Part shown: one piece after another, positions 14,967-24,441 of the stretch
How positions within the stretch are numbered: position 1 is the first letter of the stretch
Layout: each line of letters starts with the position of its first letter
NCBI GenBank assembly: GCA_036786375.1
Contig: DAIQRJ010000012.1
Location: forward strand, 12,267-76,266
Reading direction: 5' to 3'
Source: Actinopolymorphaceae bacterium
Lineage (GTDB): Bacteria > Actinomycetota > Actinomycetes > Propionibacteriales > DAIQRJ01
Length of the DNA stretch: 64,000 bases
Position numbers and translations under genes: made by a program
The notes under the pieces: generated by a model
Database searches by the model: none
Seen by the model: only the letters and a program-made list of their open reading frames with translations
Told to the model about the DNA's origin: nothing

Positions 14967-17900
14967 GTGCCCGCATCGACCGATACCACTACTGCAGCCG
15001 TCACCGATCTGCGTACCGAGCGGCTGGTCGACCCGATCGGTGTGGCCGACGCGCGACCGCTGCTGTCCTGGCGGCTGACCGGCACGGGCGCGCACCGGCA
15101 GACATCGTTCCGCATCCGCGTCACCGCCGATCCCGACGATCCGCGCGACGAGTCCGCGCCGGCCCTGTGGGAGTCCGGCCGGATCGCCGGCTGGGCGAGC
15201 GTCGACGTCCCGTATTCGGGCAGCGCGCTCGCGCCCCGTGGTCGCTACCGCTGGAGCGTGCAGGTCACGACCGACGACGGGACGACGACCGCGTGGGCGG
15301 AGCCGGCGAGCTTCGAGCTGGCGCGGACGTTGCATGCCGGCGACGACTTCGGGGCGACGTGGATCACCAGCGCGGACGAACGGTCCGGCGGATCGGCGCC
15401 GACGCTCGACCCGAACCGCTGGACGCCGAAGCTGCGGCGCATCTGGCTGCCGGGCGGCGCGACGGCCGGTGCGGCGGCGACGTTCCGGACGACGGTCCGG
15501 CTCGGTGACGGCGTCCGTGTGAGCGCGGTCCAGCTGCTGGCCGTCGGCGCCGCGACCATCGACGTAACGGTGAACGGTCGCAAGGTCTCGCACGACGGCG
15601 GTCAGGCCGCGGCGGACATCCCGGCGTGGACGCAGGGCGACAACGTGCTCGAGATCCGGGCTGCGGCGGGCACCGGCGAGATCCCCGGTCTGCTGGTGTC
15701 CGGTGTCGTCTGGCCGAGTGTCGGCGAGCCGGTGCGGTTCGGCACCGACGACACCTGGACCGTGAGCGCAGGCGGGACCAGGTGGGCGCTGGCAGCGTCC
15801 TTCGGCGCCAACGGCGACGCGCCGCGCGGCCGTGAGCCGGAGTCGCACCGGCCGAGTCCCTACCTGCGCAAGGACTTCAGCGTTCCGGCCGCCACGTCGT
15901 CGGTTGTCCGGGCGCGCCTGTACGCAACCGCGCTCGGCGTCTACCAGGTGAGCATCAACGGCAACCGCGTCGGACGACACGAGCTGGCCCCGGGCTGGAC
16001 CGACTACCGCCAGCGGCTGCCCTACCAGACCTACGATGTCAGTGAGCTGATAACCGACGGCGACAATGCGATCGGGGTCGTCCTCGGTGACGGCTGGTAC
16101 GCCGGCCACATCGGCTGGATCGGCCCGTTCCGTTACGGAACCGAGCGTGCTTTCCTTGCCCGCCTGGAGATCGAGCACGCGGACGGGTCGACGACGGTCG
16201 TGACCACCGACGACTCCTGGACCGCCGGCACCGGCGCCATCCGGTACTCCGACCAGCAGATGGGCGAGGTGGTCGAGCCGGCCGCGGGCGTGCCCGGCTG
16301 GGATCGCACCGGGTTCGCAGCTGACGGTTGGGCACCGGTCGTCGCCGTCAGTCCGGTGCACGGCCCCCTCGAGGCCGAGGTGAACCCGCCCGTCTCGGTC
16401 CAGCACACCCTCTCGCCGGTGTCGGTCACCCGTCGCGACGACGGCCGCTACCTGGTCGACTTCGGCCAGAACCTGGTCGGCCGTGTACGGCTGCGGGTGT
16501 CACAGGCGCCTACCGGCAAGGTCATCGTCGCCCACGCCGAACGGCTGGACGACCGTGGCGAGCTGTACGTCGAGGCGTTGCGCAGCGCCCGGTGCACGGA
16601 CGAATTCCTCGTCCAGGAAGCGGATCTGCCGGTGGAGCTCGCTCCCACGTTCGCCTGGCGCGGCTTCCAGTACGCCGAGATCACCGGGCTGTCCACGCTC
16701 TCGACCGACGACATCACCGCCGAGGTACTGCACGCGGCGATGGAGCCGATCGGTGATTTCGCCTGCTCGGATGAGAACCTGACGCAACTGCAGGCGAACA
16801 TCGTCTGGGGTCAGCGCGGCAACTTCCTCTCGGTCCCCACCGACTGCCCGCAGCGCGACGAGCGGCTCGGCTGGACCGGTGACGCCCAGGCGTTCGCGAG
16901 CACGGCGGCCTTCAACTACGACGTCCGCGGGTTCTTCCGCAAGTGGATGCGCGACGTGCGCGATGCGCAGGGCGGCAACGGCGCCGTCACCCACGTCGCG
17001 CCCGACCCGTTGAGTGCGACCAACGGCATCGGCAGCCCGTTCGCACCCGCGTCGGCCGGCTCGGCCGGCTGGGGTGACGCCGTCGTCATCGTGCCGGACG
17101 CGCTCTACCGCACCTACGGTGATGCCCGCATCGCGCACGAATCCCTCGACGCCATCGGCGCGTGGTTGCGCTATCTCGACGAGACCAGCGCGGACGGCAT
17201 CCGCGGCAAGGTCGCCGGCGTCGGGCCTGCCGACGGGTTCGGGGACTGGCTCGCCATCACCGACACCCCGAAGGACCTCATCGCGACCGCGTTCGTGGCC
17301 TACGCGGCCAAGGTCGCGGCCGAACTCGCCGCGGACCTGGGCGAGCCCGAGCGGGTCGCCGACTGGGCGGCACAGTACGGGCGGGTGCGCTCGGCGTTCC
17401 GGGCCCGGTGGGTGCGCGGCGGTGGTCGTCTGGACCCCGGCACCCAGACGGCCTACGTGCTCGCCCTGCACGTCGAGCTCCTCGAGCCCGACGAAGAGGA
17501 CGGTGCCGTGGAGCACCTCGTCCGCGACATCAAATCCCGCAACACCCACCTGGCAACGGGATTCCTCGGGACGCCGTACCTGCTCAAGGTGCTCGCCGAC
17601 CGCGGCCGGGCCGACGTCGCATTCGACCTGCTCATGCAGGACACCTACCCGTCGTGGCTCTACCCGGTGGTGCACGGCGGGGCGACGACGATGTGGGAAC
17701 GCTGGGATTCCTGGAGCGACTCGCGCGGATTCCAGGACCCGGGCATGACGTCGTTCAACCACTACGCGTACGGCTGCGTCGGTGAGTGGCTCTATCGCAG
17801 CGTGGCCGGGCTGGCCCCGGGATCCCCCGGTTACGGCCACACCGTCGTCAAGCCGTTCGTCGGCGGTGGCCTGACGTGGGCCGCCGGATCGCTCGCGACG

Positions 17901-18086
17901 GTGCACGGCCGGCTCGCGTCCCGCTGGGAGATCTCCGGCGACCGGCTGACGCTCGCGCTCACGGTGCCGTCCAACACGACCGCGGAGGTCTGGCTGCCGA
18001 CGCCCGACGGCGGCCATGCGGGCACGCCCGTCTCCGTCGGCGGCGGCGACCACACGTTCGAGGTCGACTGGACCCCGGCGAGCTGA
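14967..18086 (+). CDS. Alpha-L-rhamnosidase, GH78
   Basis: ARLYATALGVY, LAPGWTDY, YQTYDV, DFGQNLVG, RGFQYAEI, PTDCPQRDERLGWTGDAQ, GATTMWERWD, SFNHYAYG. GTG start after a GAGGA RBS. Confidence 0.94.
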   Translation: MPASTDTTTAAVTDLRTERLVDPIGVADARPLLSWRLTGTGAHRQTSFRIRVTADPDDPRDESAPALWESGRIAGWASVDVPYSGSALAPRGRYRWSVQVTTDDGTTTAWAEPASFELARTLHAGDDFGATWITSADERSGGSAPTLDPNRWTPKLRRIWLPGGATAGAAATFRTTVRLGDGVRVSAVQLLAVGAATIDVTVNGRKVSHDGGQAAADIPAWTQGDNVLEIRAAAGTGEIPGLLVSGVVWPSVGEPVRFGTDDTWTVSAGGTRWALAASFGANGDAPRGREPESHRPSPYLRKDFSVPAATSSVVRARLYATALGVYQVSINGNRVGRHELAPGWTDYRQRLPYQTYDVSELITDGDNAIGVVLGDGWYAGHIGWIGPFRYGTERAFLARLEIEHADGSTTVVTTDDSWTAGTGAIRYSDQQMGEVVEPAAGVPGWDRTGFAADGWAPVVAVSPVHGPLEAEVNPPVSVQHTLSPVSVTRRDDGRYLVDFGQNLVGRVRLRVSQAPTGKVIVAHAERLDDRGELYVEALRSARCTDEFLVQEADLPVELAPTFAWRGFQYAEITGLSTLSTDDITAEVLHAAMEPIGDFACSDENLTQLQANIVWGQRGNFLSVPTDCPQRDERLGWTGDAQAFASTAAFNYDVRGFFRKWMRDVRDAQGGNGAVTHVAPDPLSATNGIGSPFAPASAGSAGWGDAVVIVPDALYRTYGDARIAHESLDAIGAWLRYLDETSADGIRGKVAGVGPADGFGDWLAITDTPKDLIATAFVAYAAKVAAELAADLGEPERVADWAAQYGRVRSAFRARWVRGGGRLDPGTQTAYVLALHVELLEPDEEDGAVEHLVRDIKSRNTHLATGFLGTPYLLKVLADRGRADVAFDLLMQDTYPSWLYPVVHGGATTMWERWDSWSDSRGFQDPGMTSFNHYAYGCVGEWLYRSVAGLAPGSPGYGHTVVKPFVGGGLTWAAGSLATVHGRLASRWEISGDRLTLALTVPSNTTAEVWLPTPDGGHAGTPVSVGGGDHTFEVDWTPAS

Positions 18087-18113
18087 ATCCGCAGAGCCGA
18101 TAGGTTCCCGGAC

Positions 18114-18794
18114 ATGACTTCTGCACAGACGTCCCCAGGTCCGCGTCGCGCTCTCGTCGTCCGAGGAGGCTGGGACGGGCACGTTCCCGTCGAGGCGACC
18201 GACCGCTACGTCCCCGTTCTCGAGAGCCAGGGCTTCGACGTGACCGTCTCGGACACTCTCGATTCCTACCTCGACGCCGACGCGCTCGCCGCCACCGACC
18301 TGATCGTGAACTGCTGGACGATGGGCACCATCACCGGCGACCAGGCGCGCGGCCTCGCCGGCGCCGTCGCGGCCGGCACGGGCCTCGCCGGTTGGCACGG
18401 CGGCATCGTCGACTCGTTCCGCGACCAGACGCTCTACCAGCTGATGACCGGTGGGCAGTTCGTCCATCACCCGCGCGGTTTCGTCGAGTACCAGGTCGAC
18501 ATCGTGCCCGCCCGGTCCGACCATCCGATCGTGGCCGGGCTCGGATCGTTCTCCGTCACCACCGAGCAGTACTACCTGCACGTCGACCCGTCGAACGACG
18601 TCCTCGCCACCACCGCCTACATCGACGACCCGGACGTACCGGGTCTCGTCGGACGTCTGACGCCGGTTGTGTGGACCCGGCTCTGGGGCGCCGGGCGCGT
18701 GTTCGTCAACGCGATCGGCCACAAGATGGACGACTTCGACGTCCCCGAGGTCGACGCGATCATCACCCGCGGTTTCGCCTGGGCGAGCCGATGA
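18114..18794 (+). CDS. ThuA-like domain protein (class I GATase-like fold)
   Basis: ALVVRGGWDGHVP, GLAGWHGG, GGQFVHHP, EQYY, WGAGRVFVNAIGH. Confidence 0.85.
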   Translation: MTSAQTSPGPRRALVVRGGWDGHVPVEATDRYVPVLESQGFDVTVSDTLDSYLDADALAATDLIVNCWTMGTITGDQARGLAGAVAAGTGLAGWHGGIVDSFRDQTLYQLMTGGQFVHHPRGFVEYQVDIVPARSDHPIVAGLGSFSVTTEQYYLHVDPSNDVLATTAYIDDPDVPGLVGRLTPVVWTRLWGAGRVFVNAIGHKMDDFDVPEVDAIITRGFAWASR

Positions 18795-19888
18795 GTGCCC
18801 CGATGCGCGTCGGCATCGTCGGCCTCGGCAACATCAGCGGCGCCTACCTGTCCACGCTCCCGAAGCTGCCCAACCTCGCGCTCACCGCCGTCGCCGATAT
18901 CGACCAGACCCGTGTCGCGCGGGTCGTCGCCGAGCAGCCGGGCGTCGCCGGGCTCATCCCCGAGCAGCTGTACGCCTCCGCCGACGTCGACGTCGTGCTC
19001 AACCTGACGATCCCGGCCGTGCACTCGCTGGTGGCGAAGTCGGCGATCGCGGCCGGTAAGCACGTCTACGGCGAGAAGCCCCTCGCGCTGGCCACGACCG
19101 ACGCCGTCGAGGTCCTGGCGGCGGCCACCGCGGCCGGGCTGCTCGTAGGCTGCGCGCCTGACACCGTCCTCGGTACCGGCACGCAGACGGCCCGCGCCGT
19201 CCTCGACGCCGGCGACATCGGCACCGCGGTGGCGGCCACGGCCTTCATGACGACGGCCGGGCACGAGCGCTGGCATCCTGACCCGGAGTTCTACTACAAG
19301 CCGGGTGGCGGCCCGCTGCTGGACATGGGGCCCTACTACCTGACCGCCCTCGTCACACTGCTCGGCCCGGTTCGACGGGTGGTCGGGCTGTCCTCGCGGC
19401 CCAAGCAGTCGCGCACGATCGGCAGCGGTCCGCGGGCCGGCACCGACTTCGGTGTCGAGGTGCAGACCCACGTCAGCGGCATCCTCGAACACGAGAACGG
19501 CGCGCTCTCGACGCTGATCATGTCCTTCGACGTCTGGGCGGCCGAACTGCCCCGGATCGAGGTCTACGGCAGCACCGGCTCGCTGTCGGTGCCCGACCCG
19601 AACGGGTTCGACGGGCAGGTCAAGCTCTTCCGTGGCGCCGACGGTGAGTGGGTCGACGTCCCGGTGGCGGGCGGCTTCGCCGGTGCCAGCCGCGGGTTCG
19701 GGCTGTCCGAGCTGGCCGACGCGGCCGAGCACGGCTGCACCCCCCGCGCGTCCGGTGAGCTCGCCTACCACGTCCTCGACGTGATGGAGCAGGTGCTGCG
19801 TGCCGGCGACGAGGGGCGTGCCATCGATATCGAGAGCACGTGCGCGCGACCCGCGGCGATCCCGCTGGGCGCCCGGCCGTTCGCCTGA
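18791..19888 (+). CDS. Gfo/Idh/MocA family oxidoreductase
   Basis: VGIVGLGNISGAY, HVYGEKPLA, CAPDTVLG, GGGPLLDMGPYY. ATGA overlap with the ThuA gene. Confidence 0.9.
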   Translation: MSAPMRVGIVGLGNISGAYLSTLPKLPNLALTAVADIDQTRVARVVAEQPGVAGLIPEQLYASADVDVVLNLTIPAVHSLVAKSAIAAGKHVYGEKPLALATTDAVEVLAAATAAGLLVGCAPDTVLGTGTQTARAVLDAGDIGTAVAATAFMTTAGHERWHPDPEFYYKPGGGPLLDMGPYYLTALVTLLGPVRRVVGLSSRPKQSRTIGSGPRAGTDFGVEVQTHVSGILEHENGALSTLIMSFDVWAAELPRIEVYGSTGSLSVPDPNGFDGQVKLFRGADGEWVDVPVAGGFAGASRGFGLSELADAAEHGCTPRASGELAYHVLDVMEQVLRAGDEGRAIDIESTCARPAAIPLGARPFA

Positions 19889-20056
19889 CGGGTTCGGCTG
19901 TTTGCTGACGGGTTCGGCGCTGACCGGTTCTGCCGGCCGGTTCGGCCGGCCGCTCGCCGACTTCCGGCCGGACTGAAAGATCCGGCAGGAATCACGCAAA
20001 CTCCTGCGAATCCGCGCAGGCCTTTGTCAGGTTCTGTCCGCTCGGGCCCGAGCGGA
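19885..20056. repeat. Short degenerate direct repeats (CTGACGGGTTCGGC x2 plus CTGACCGGTTCTGC) and GC-rich palindromes, including perfect 20-bp TCCGCTCGGGCCCGAGCGGA (20037-20056)
   Basis: Seen directly in the intergenic region after the Gfo stop codon. Confidence 0.6.
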
Positions 20057-20096
20057 GATTTCCCTGTGATTTCAGGAGATTCCGGCCCGGCAATCG

Positions 20097-20146
20097 TTGA
20101 CCTCGGCCGCTGACGGCCATAGCGTTAATGCGGTTGAAACGAATCA
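20097..20146 (+). promoter_or_regulatory. Promoter TTGACC-N17-TAGCGT with LacI-type operator TGAAACGAATCA (20135-20146)
   Basis: Same -10 hexamer and same operator placement as the promoter at 14893. Confidence 0.7.
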
Positions 20147-20326
20147 TCGAGGCTCGCCGTGGAACAGAACGGGTTTCAAGACCCGCCCATCCTCCGGCCA
20201 GACCACCCTCGCACAGCTCGGCGGAAGGTCGTCGGGATTCGTGCGCAGGCGCCTCAGCACCCGTGGGTTCATAGCCCGAATCCGCGACACAAACTACTTG
20301 TCCTCATACGGACGAAAGGCGACGGT

Positions 20327-20641
20327 ATGACCGATCTGGATGTCGGCACGATGCATCGCGCGACCCAACGGACGATGCCTGAATTGCATCCCCTGAGCCC
20401 GCGGGTCCCGCTCCAGCGCGATGCACTTCCCTATCGCGAACCGGTGGCCCGCCACGTCAGCTCCGAAGAGCTGCGGCTGCTGTCGCTGTTGGCCGAGGGA
20501 CTCCCGCTCGAGACCATCGCACGCCGGCTGTCGTTGTCCGACCGCACCGTCCGGCGCCGGTCCAAGGCGTTGTGCGACCGGATGGGTGCCCGTGCGCCGA
20601 TCCAGGTCGTTGCCTGGGCCGCCCGTAACGGGCTCATCTAG
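20327..20641 (+). CDS. Stand-alone LuxR-type HTH protein
   Basis: EELRLLSLLAEGLPLETIARRLSLSDRTVRRR...VAWAARNGLI. RBS-like GAAAGG before the ATG at 20327; no receiver or ligand domain. Confidence 0.8.
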   Translation: MTDLDVGTMHRATQRTMPELHPLSPRVPLQRDALPYREPVARHVSSEELRLLSLLAEGLPLETIARRLSLSDRTVRRRSKALCDRMGARAPIQVVAWAARNGLI

Positions 20642-20720
20642 CGCCACCGCACGTCTTCCCCGGGGCTGGCCGTACCGGGATCCATTCGGGTCCTGGTGCG
20701 GCCAGCCCTCGTCGTGGATC

Positions 20721-20775
20721 TTGGGCCGGCCGCAATCCGGGCGTACGGTGGACGTCGATCGGTTGAAACGATTCA
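20721..20775 (+). promoter_or_regulatory. Putative promoter TTGGGC-N17-TACGGT and LacI-type operator TGAAACGATTCA (20764-20775) upstream of rhaM
   Basis: The operator shares CGGTTGAAACGA with the 20135 site. Confidence 0.65.
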
Positions 20776-20797
20776 CCCAGGCCGCAGGGGAGCGTCC

Positions 20798-21118
20798 GTG
20801 GAACGTATCTGCTTCAGGCTGCAGGTCAGGCCGGACCGGTTGGACGAATACCGAGCCCGGCACCGTGAGGTGTGGCCGGACATGCAGCAGGCGCTGCGCG
20901 ACACCGGCTGGCGCAATTACTCCCTCTTCCTCGCCGGCGACGGTCAGCTGATCGGCTACCTCGAGTGCGACGACTTCGAGAAGTCCCGCGACGCGATGGC
21001 CGCCACCGAGGTCAATACGGCCTGGCAGACCGAGATGGCCGAGTTCTTCCTCGATCCGGACGGGCGGCACGCGGATGACGCGATGGCCCCGCTCGTCGAG
21101 GTCTTCCACCTCGACTGA
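20798..21118 (+). CDS. rhaM: L-rhamnose mutarotase
   Basis: EYRARHREVWPDM, GWRNYSLFL, WQTEMAEFF, EVFHLD; heads the rha operon. Confidence 0.88.
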   Translation: MERICFRLQVRPDRLDEYRARHREVWPDMQQALRDTGWRNYSLFLAGDGQLIGYLECDDFEKSRDAMAATEVNTAWQTEMAEFFLDPDGRHADDAMAPLVEVFHLD

Positions 21119-21187
21119 CCCGACCGGGTCGACGCTGCCCGAAACGTCCAGCAAGGATCAGTCGCACGAACGAACCAACGGAGGGAC

Positions 21188-22384
21188 ATGTCCATGAGCA
21201 TCAGCAACGAGATCCTCACCCTGCTCGAGGCCCAGGAGATCGAGCTCCCGTCATGGGCGTTCGGCAACTCGGGGACCCGCTTCAAGGTGTTCGCGCAGGC
21301 GGGTGTCCCGCGTGATCCGCGCGAGAAGCTGGCCGACGCCGCCAAGGTCAACGAATTGACCGGGCTGGCGCCGCGGGTGGCGCTGCACATCCCCTGGGAC
21401 AAGGTCGATGACTACGCCGCCCTCCGCACCTACGCCCTCGATCTCGGCGTCGACCTGGGCACGATCAACTCGAATACCTTCCAGGACGACGAATACAAGC
21501 TCGGCAGTGTCACGCACACGGATCCGAAGATGCGGCAGCGGGCCATCGACCACCACTACGAGTGCATCGAGATCATGAACGCGACGGGGTCGCGCGACCT
21601 CAAGATCTGGCTGGCCGACGGAACCAACTACCCCGGCCAGGACGACATCCGGTCCCGGCAGGACCGGCTCGCCGATTCGCTGGCGAAGATCTACGCCCGG
21701 CTCGGCGACGGCCAGCGGCTGGTGCTCGAGTACAAGTTCTTCGAACCGGCGTTCTATCACACCGATGTTCCCGACTGGGGCACGTCGTATGCGCACTGCG
21801 TCGCGCTGGGTGAGAAGGCCGTCGTCTGTCTCGACACCGGCCACCACGCTCCGGGGACGAACATCGAGTTCATCGTCGCTCAGCTGCTGCGGTTGGGGAA
21901 ACTCGGATCGTTCGACTTCAATTCGCGTTTCTACGCGGACGACGATCTGATCGTCGGTGCCGCGGATCCGTTCCAGCTGTTCCGGATCCTCGTCGAGGTC
22001 GTCCGCGGCGGCGGGTACGCGCCCGCCAACGCCGACAAGGACAGCGCAGGCAGTTCCGTGGCATTCATGCTCGACCAGTGCCACAACATCGAGAAGAAGA
22101 TCCCCGGCCAGATCCGCTCCGTCCTCAACGTCCAGGAGATGACCGCCCGTGCGCTGATCGTCGACCGCTTGGCCCTGGGTGAGGCCCAGGAAGCCGGGGA
22201 TGTCCTTGCTGCCAACGGGATTCTGATGGATGCGTTCTACACCGACGTCCGTGCCGACCTGGCCGACTGGCGGGTGTCGCGCAGCCTGCCCGCCGACCCG
22301 CTGGCCGCCTACGCCGCCAGCGGGTACCAGGAGAAGATCGAGTCCGATCGCGTCGGCGGCACCCAAGCGGGGTGGGGAGCCTGA
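21188..22384 (+). CDS. rhaI: L-rhamnose isomerase (RhaI type)
   Basis: IELPSWAFGNSGTRFKVF, LHIPWD, NSNTFQDD.YKLGS, EYKFFEP, DTGHHAPGTNIE, DQCHNIE. Confidence 0.93.
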   Translation: MSMSISNEILTLLEAQEIELPSWAFGNSGTRFKVFAQAGVPRDPREKLADAAKVNELTGLAPRVALHIPWDKVDDYAALRTYALDLGVDLGTINSNTFQDDEYKLGSVTHTDPKMRQRAIDHHYECIEIMNATGSRDLKIWLADGTNYPGQDDIRSRQDRLADSLAKIYARLGDGQRLVLEYKFFEPAFYHTDVPDWGTSYAHCVALGEKAVVCLDTGHHAPGTNIEFIVAQLLRLGKLGSFDFNSRFYADDDLIVGAADPFQLFRILVEVVRGGGYAPANADKDSAGSSVAFMLDQCHNIEKKIPGQIRSVLNVQEMTARALIVDRLALGEAQEAGDVLAANGILMDAFYTDVRADLADWRVSRSLPADPLAAYAASGYQEKIESDRVGGTQAGWGA

Positions 22385-24441
22385 TGACCGCGTCGACCAG
22401 CGGGAGTGCCCTATCCGTCCCGGCCGAGTTGATCGCGCGGTCGAACCGGCTCGGTGCCGACCCGAAGAACACGAACTATGCCGGCGGGAACACCTCCGCG
22501 AAGGGCTCCGCCATCGATCCGGTCACGGGCGAACCCGTCGACCTGCTGTGGGTGAAGGGCTCGGGCGGTGACCTCGGGACGCTGACCGAGGGGGGGCTCG
22601 CGGTCCTGCGGCTCGACCGCCTCCGTGCTCTTGCGGGCGTCTATCCCGGCGTGGATCGCGAGGACGAGATGGTCGCGGCCTTCGACTACACGTTGCACGG
22701 GAAGGGTGGTGCCGCGCCGTCCATCGACACCGCCATGCACGGCCTGCTCGACTCCGCGCACGTCGACCACCTGCATCCCGACTCGGGTATCGCCATCGCG
22801 ACGTCGACCGACGGCGAGGCGATCACGTCGGCGGCGTTCGGCGGTGCCGTGGTGTGGGTGCCGTGGCGCCGACCTGGGTTCCAGCTCGGCCTGGAGATCG
22901 CTGCCGTCAAGGGGGCGAATCCGACCGCCCGTGGATGCATTCTCGGTGGCCACGGCATCACCGCGTGGGGCGACACCAGCGACGAGGCGGAAGCCAATTC
23001 GCTGTGGATCATCGCCACGGCGCAGGCCTACATCGACGCACACCGCCGGCCCGACCCGTTCGGTCCCGTCGTTCCGGGCTACGAGGCGTTGCCGGTCGAC
23101 GCGCGGCGCGCGAAGGCGGCCGCGCTGGCCCCGACGATTCGCGGGCTCGCCTCGACCGACCGGATCCAGCTCGGGCACTTCACCGACAGCGATGTCGTCC
23201 TGGACTTCCTGGCGCGCGACCAGCATCCGCGGCTGGCGGCGCTCGGAACCAGCTGCCCGGACCATTTCCTGCGTACGAAGGTCAGACCCCTCGTCGTCGA
23301 CCTGCCGGCCGGCGCCTCCGTCGAGGACACGCTCGGTCGGCTCCGTGCCCTGCACGCCGACTACCGCGCGGAGTACCAAGCCTATTACGACCGGCACGCC
23401 GAGCCCGCCAGCCCGGCCATCCGCGGCGCCGATCCGGCGATCGTGCTCGTGCCCGGCGTCGGCATGTTCTCGTTCGGGACGAACAAGCAGACCGCGCGGG
23501 TGGCGGGGGAGTTCTACGTCAACGCGATCAACGTGATGCGCGGTGCGGAGGCGCTCTCGACCTATCACCCGATCGACGAGTCGGAGAAGTTCCGGATCGA
23601 GTACTGGGCACTGGAAGAGGCGAAACTGGCCCGGCTGCCGAAGCCCAAGCCGCTCGCCGGGCGGATCGCGTTCGTCACCGGTGGGGGTTCGGGCATCGGC
23701 CGGGCGACGGCGATCCGACTGGCGGCCGAGGGTGCGTGCGTCGTGGTGGCCGACCGCAACGTCGACGCCGCGACCGCGGTCGCAACCGAACTGGGTGGAC
23801 CCGACGTCGCGGTCGCGGCCGGTGCCGACGTAACCGACGAGGCGGGCGTCGTCGACGCGATCCGCGAAGCGGGGTTGGCGTTCGGGGGTATCGACCTCGT
23901 CGTCAACAACGCCGGGCTGTCGATCAGCAAGTCGCTGTTCGAGACGACGCTCGGAGACTGGGATCTCCAGCACGACGTGATGGCGCGAGGGTCATTCCTC
24001 GTGAGCCGTGAGGCTGCGCGAGTGATGCGCGATCAGGGCATCGGCGGCGACATCGTCTACATCAGCAGCAAGAACTCGGTCTTCGCCGGCCCGAACAACA
24101 TCGCCTACAGCGCCGCGAAGGCCGACCAGGCACACCAGGTGCGTCTGCTCGCTGCCGAACTCGGGGAGTTCGGCATCCGCGTGAACGGCATCAACCCCGA
24201 TGGCGTCGTCCGCGGGTCCGGCATCTTCGCCAGCGGGTGGGGGGCCAACCGCGCCAAGGTCTACGGCGTCGAGGAGCAGGACCTCGGCCAGTTCTACGCA
24301 CAGCGCACCCTGCTCAAGCAGGAGGTCCTCCCCGAGCACGTCGCCGCCGCCGTGGTTGCGCTGGTGTCCGGAGACCTGTCCCAGACGACGGGCCTGCACG
24401 TCCCGGTCGACTCCGGCGTCGCGGCGGCCTTCCTCCGGTGA
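22384..24441 (+). CDS. rhaD: Bifunctional rhamnulose-1-phosphate aldolase / short-chain dehydrogenase (RhaEW/RhaD type)
   Basis: NYAGGNTSAK, SIDTAMHG, DHLHPD, GTSCPDHFLRTK aldolase class II part fused to an SDR (TGGGSGIG, NNAG, YSAAK). Confidence 0.93.
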   Translation: MTASTSGSALSVPAELIARSNRLGADPKNTNYAGGNTSAKGSAIDPVTGEPVDLLWVKGSGGDLGTLTEGGLAVLRLDRLRALAGVYPGVDREDEMVAAFDYTLHGKGGAAPSIDTAMHGLLDSAHVDHLHPDSGIAIATSTDGEAITSAAFGGAVVWVPWRRPGFQLGLEIAAVKGANPTARGCILGGHGITAWGDTSDEAEANSLWIIATAQAYIDAHRRPDPFGPVVPGYEALPVDARRAKAAALAPTIRGLASTDRIQLGHFTDSDVVLDFLARDQHPRLAALGTSCPDHFLRTKVRPLVVDLPAGASVEDTLGRLRALHADYRAEYQAYYDRHAEPASPAIRGADPAIVLVPGVGMFSFGTNKQTARVAGEFYVNAINVMRGAEALSTYHPIDESEKFRIEYWALEEAKLARLPKPKPLAGRIAFVTGGGSGIGRATAIRLAAEGACVVVADRNVDAATAVATELGGPDVAVAAGADVTDEAGVVDAIREAGLAFGGIDLVVNNAGLSISKSLFETTLGDWDLQHDVMARGSFLVSREAARVMRDQGIGGDIVYISSKNSVFAGPNNIAYSAAKADQAHQVRLLAAELGEFGIRVNGINPDGVVRGSGIFASGWGANRAKVYGVEEQDLGQFYAQRTLLKQEVLPEHVAAAVVALVSGDLSQTTGLHVPVDSGVAAAFLR

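Noticed and set aside
20169-20184. tRNA fragment (GGTTTCAAGACC resembles a T-loop)
   Set aside because: No acceptor, D or anticodon arms can be built around it.
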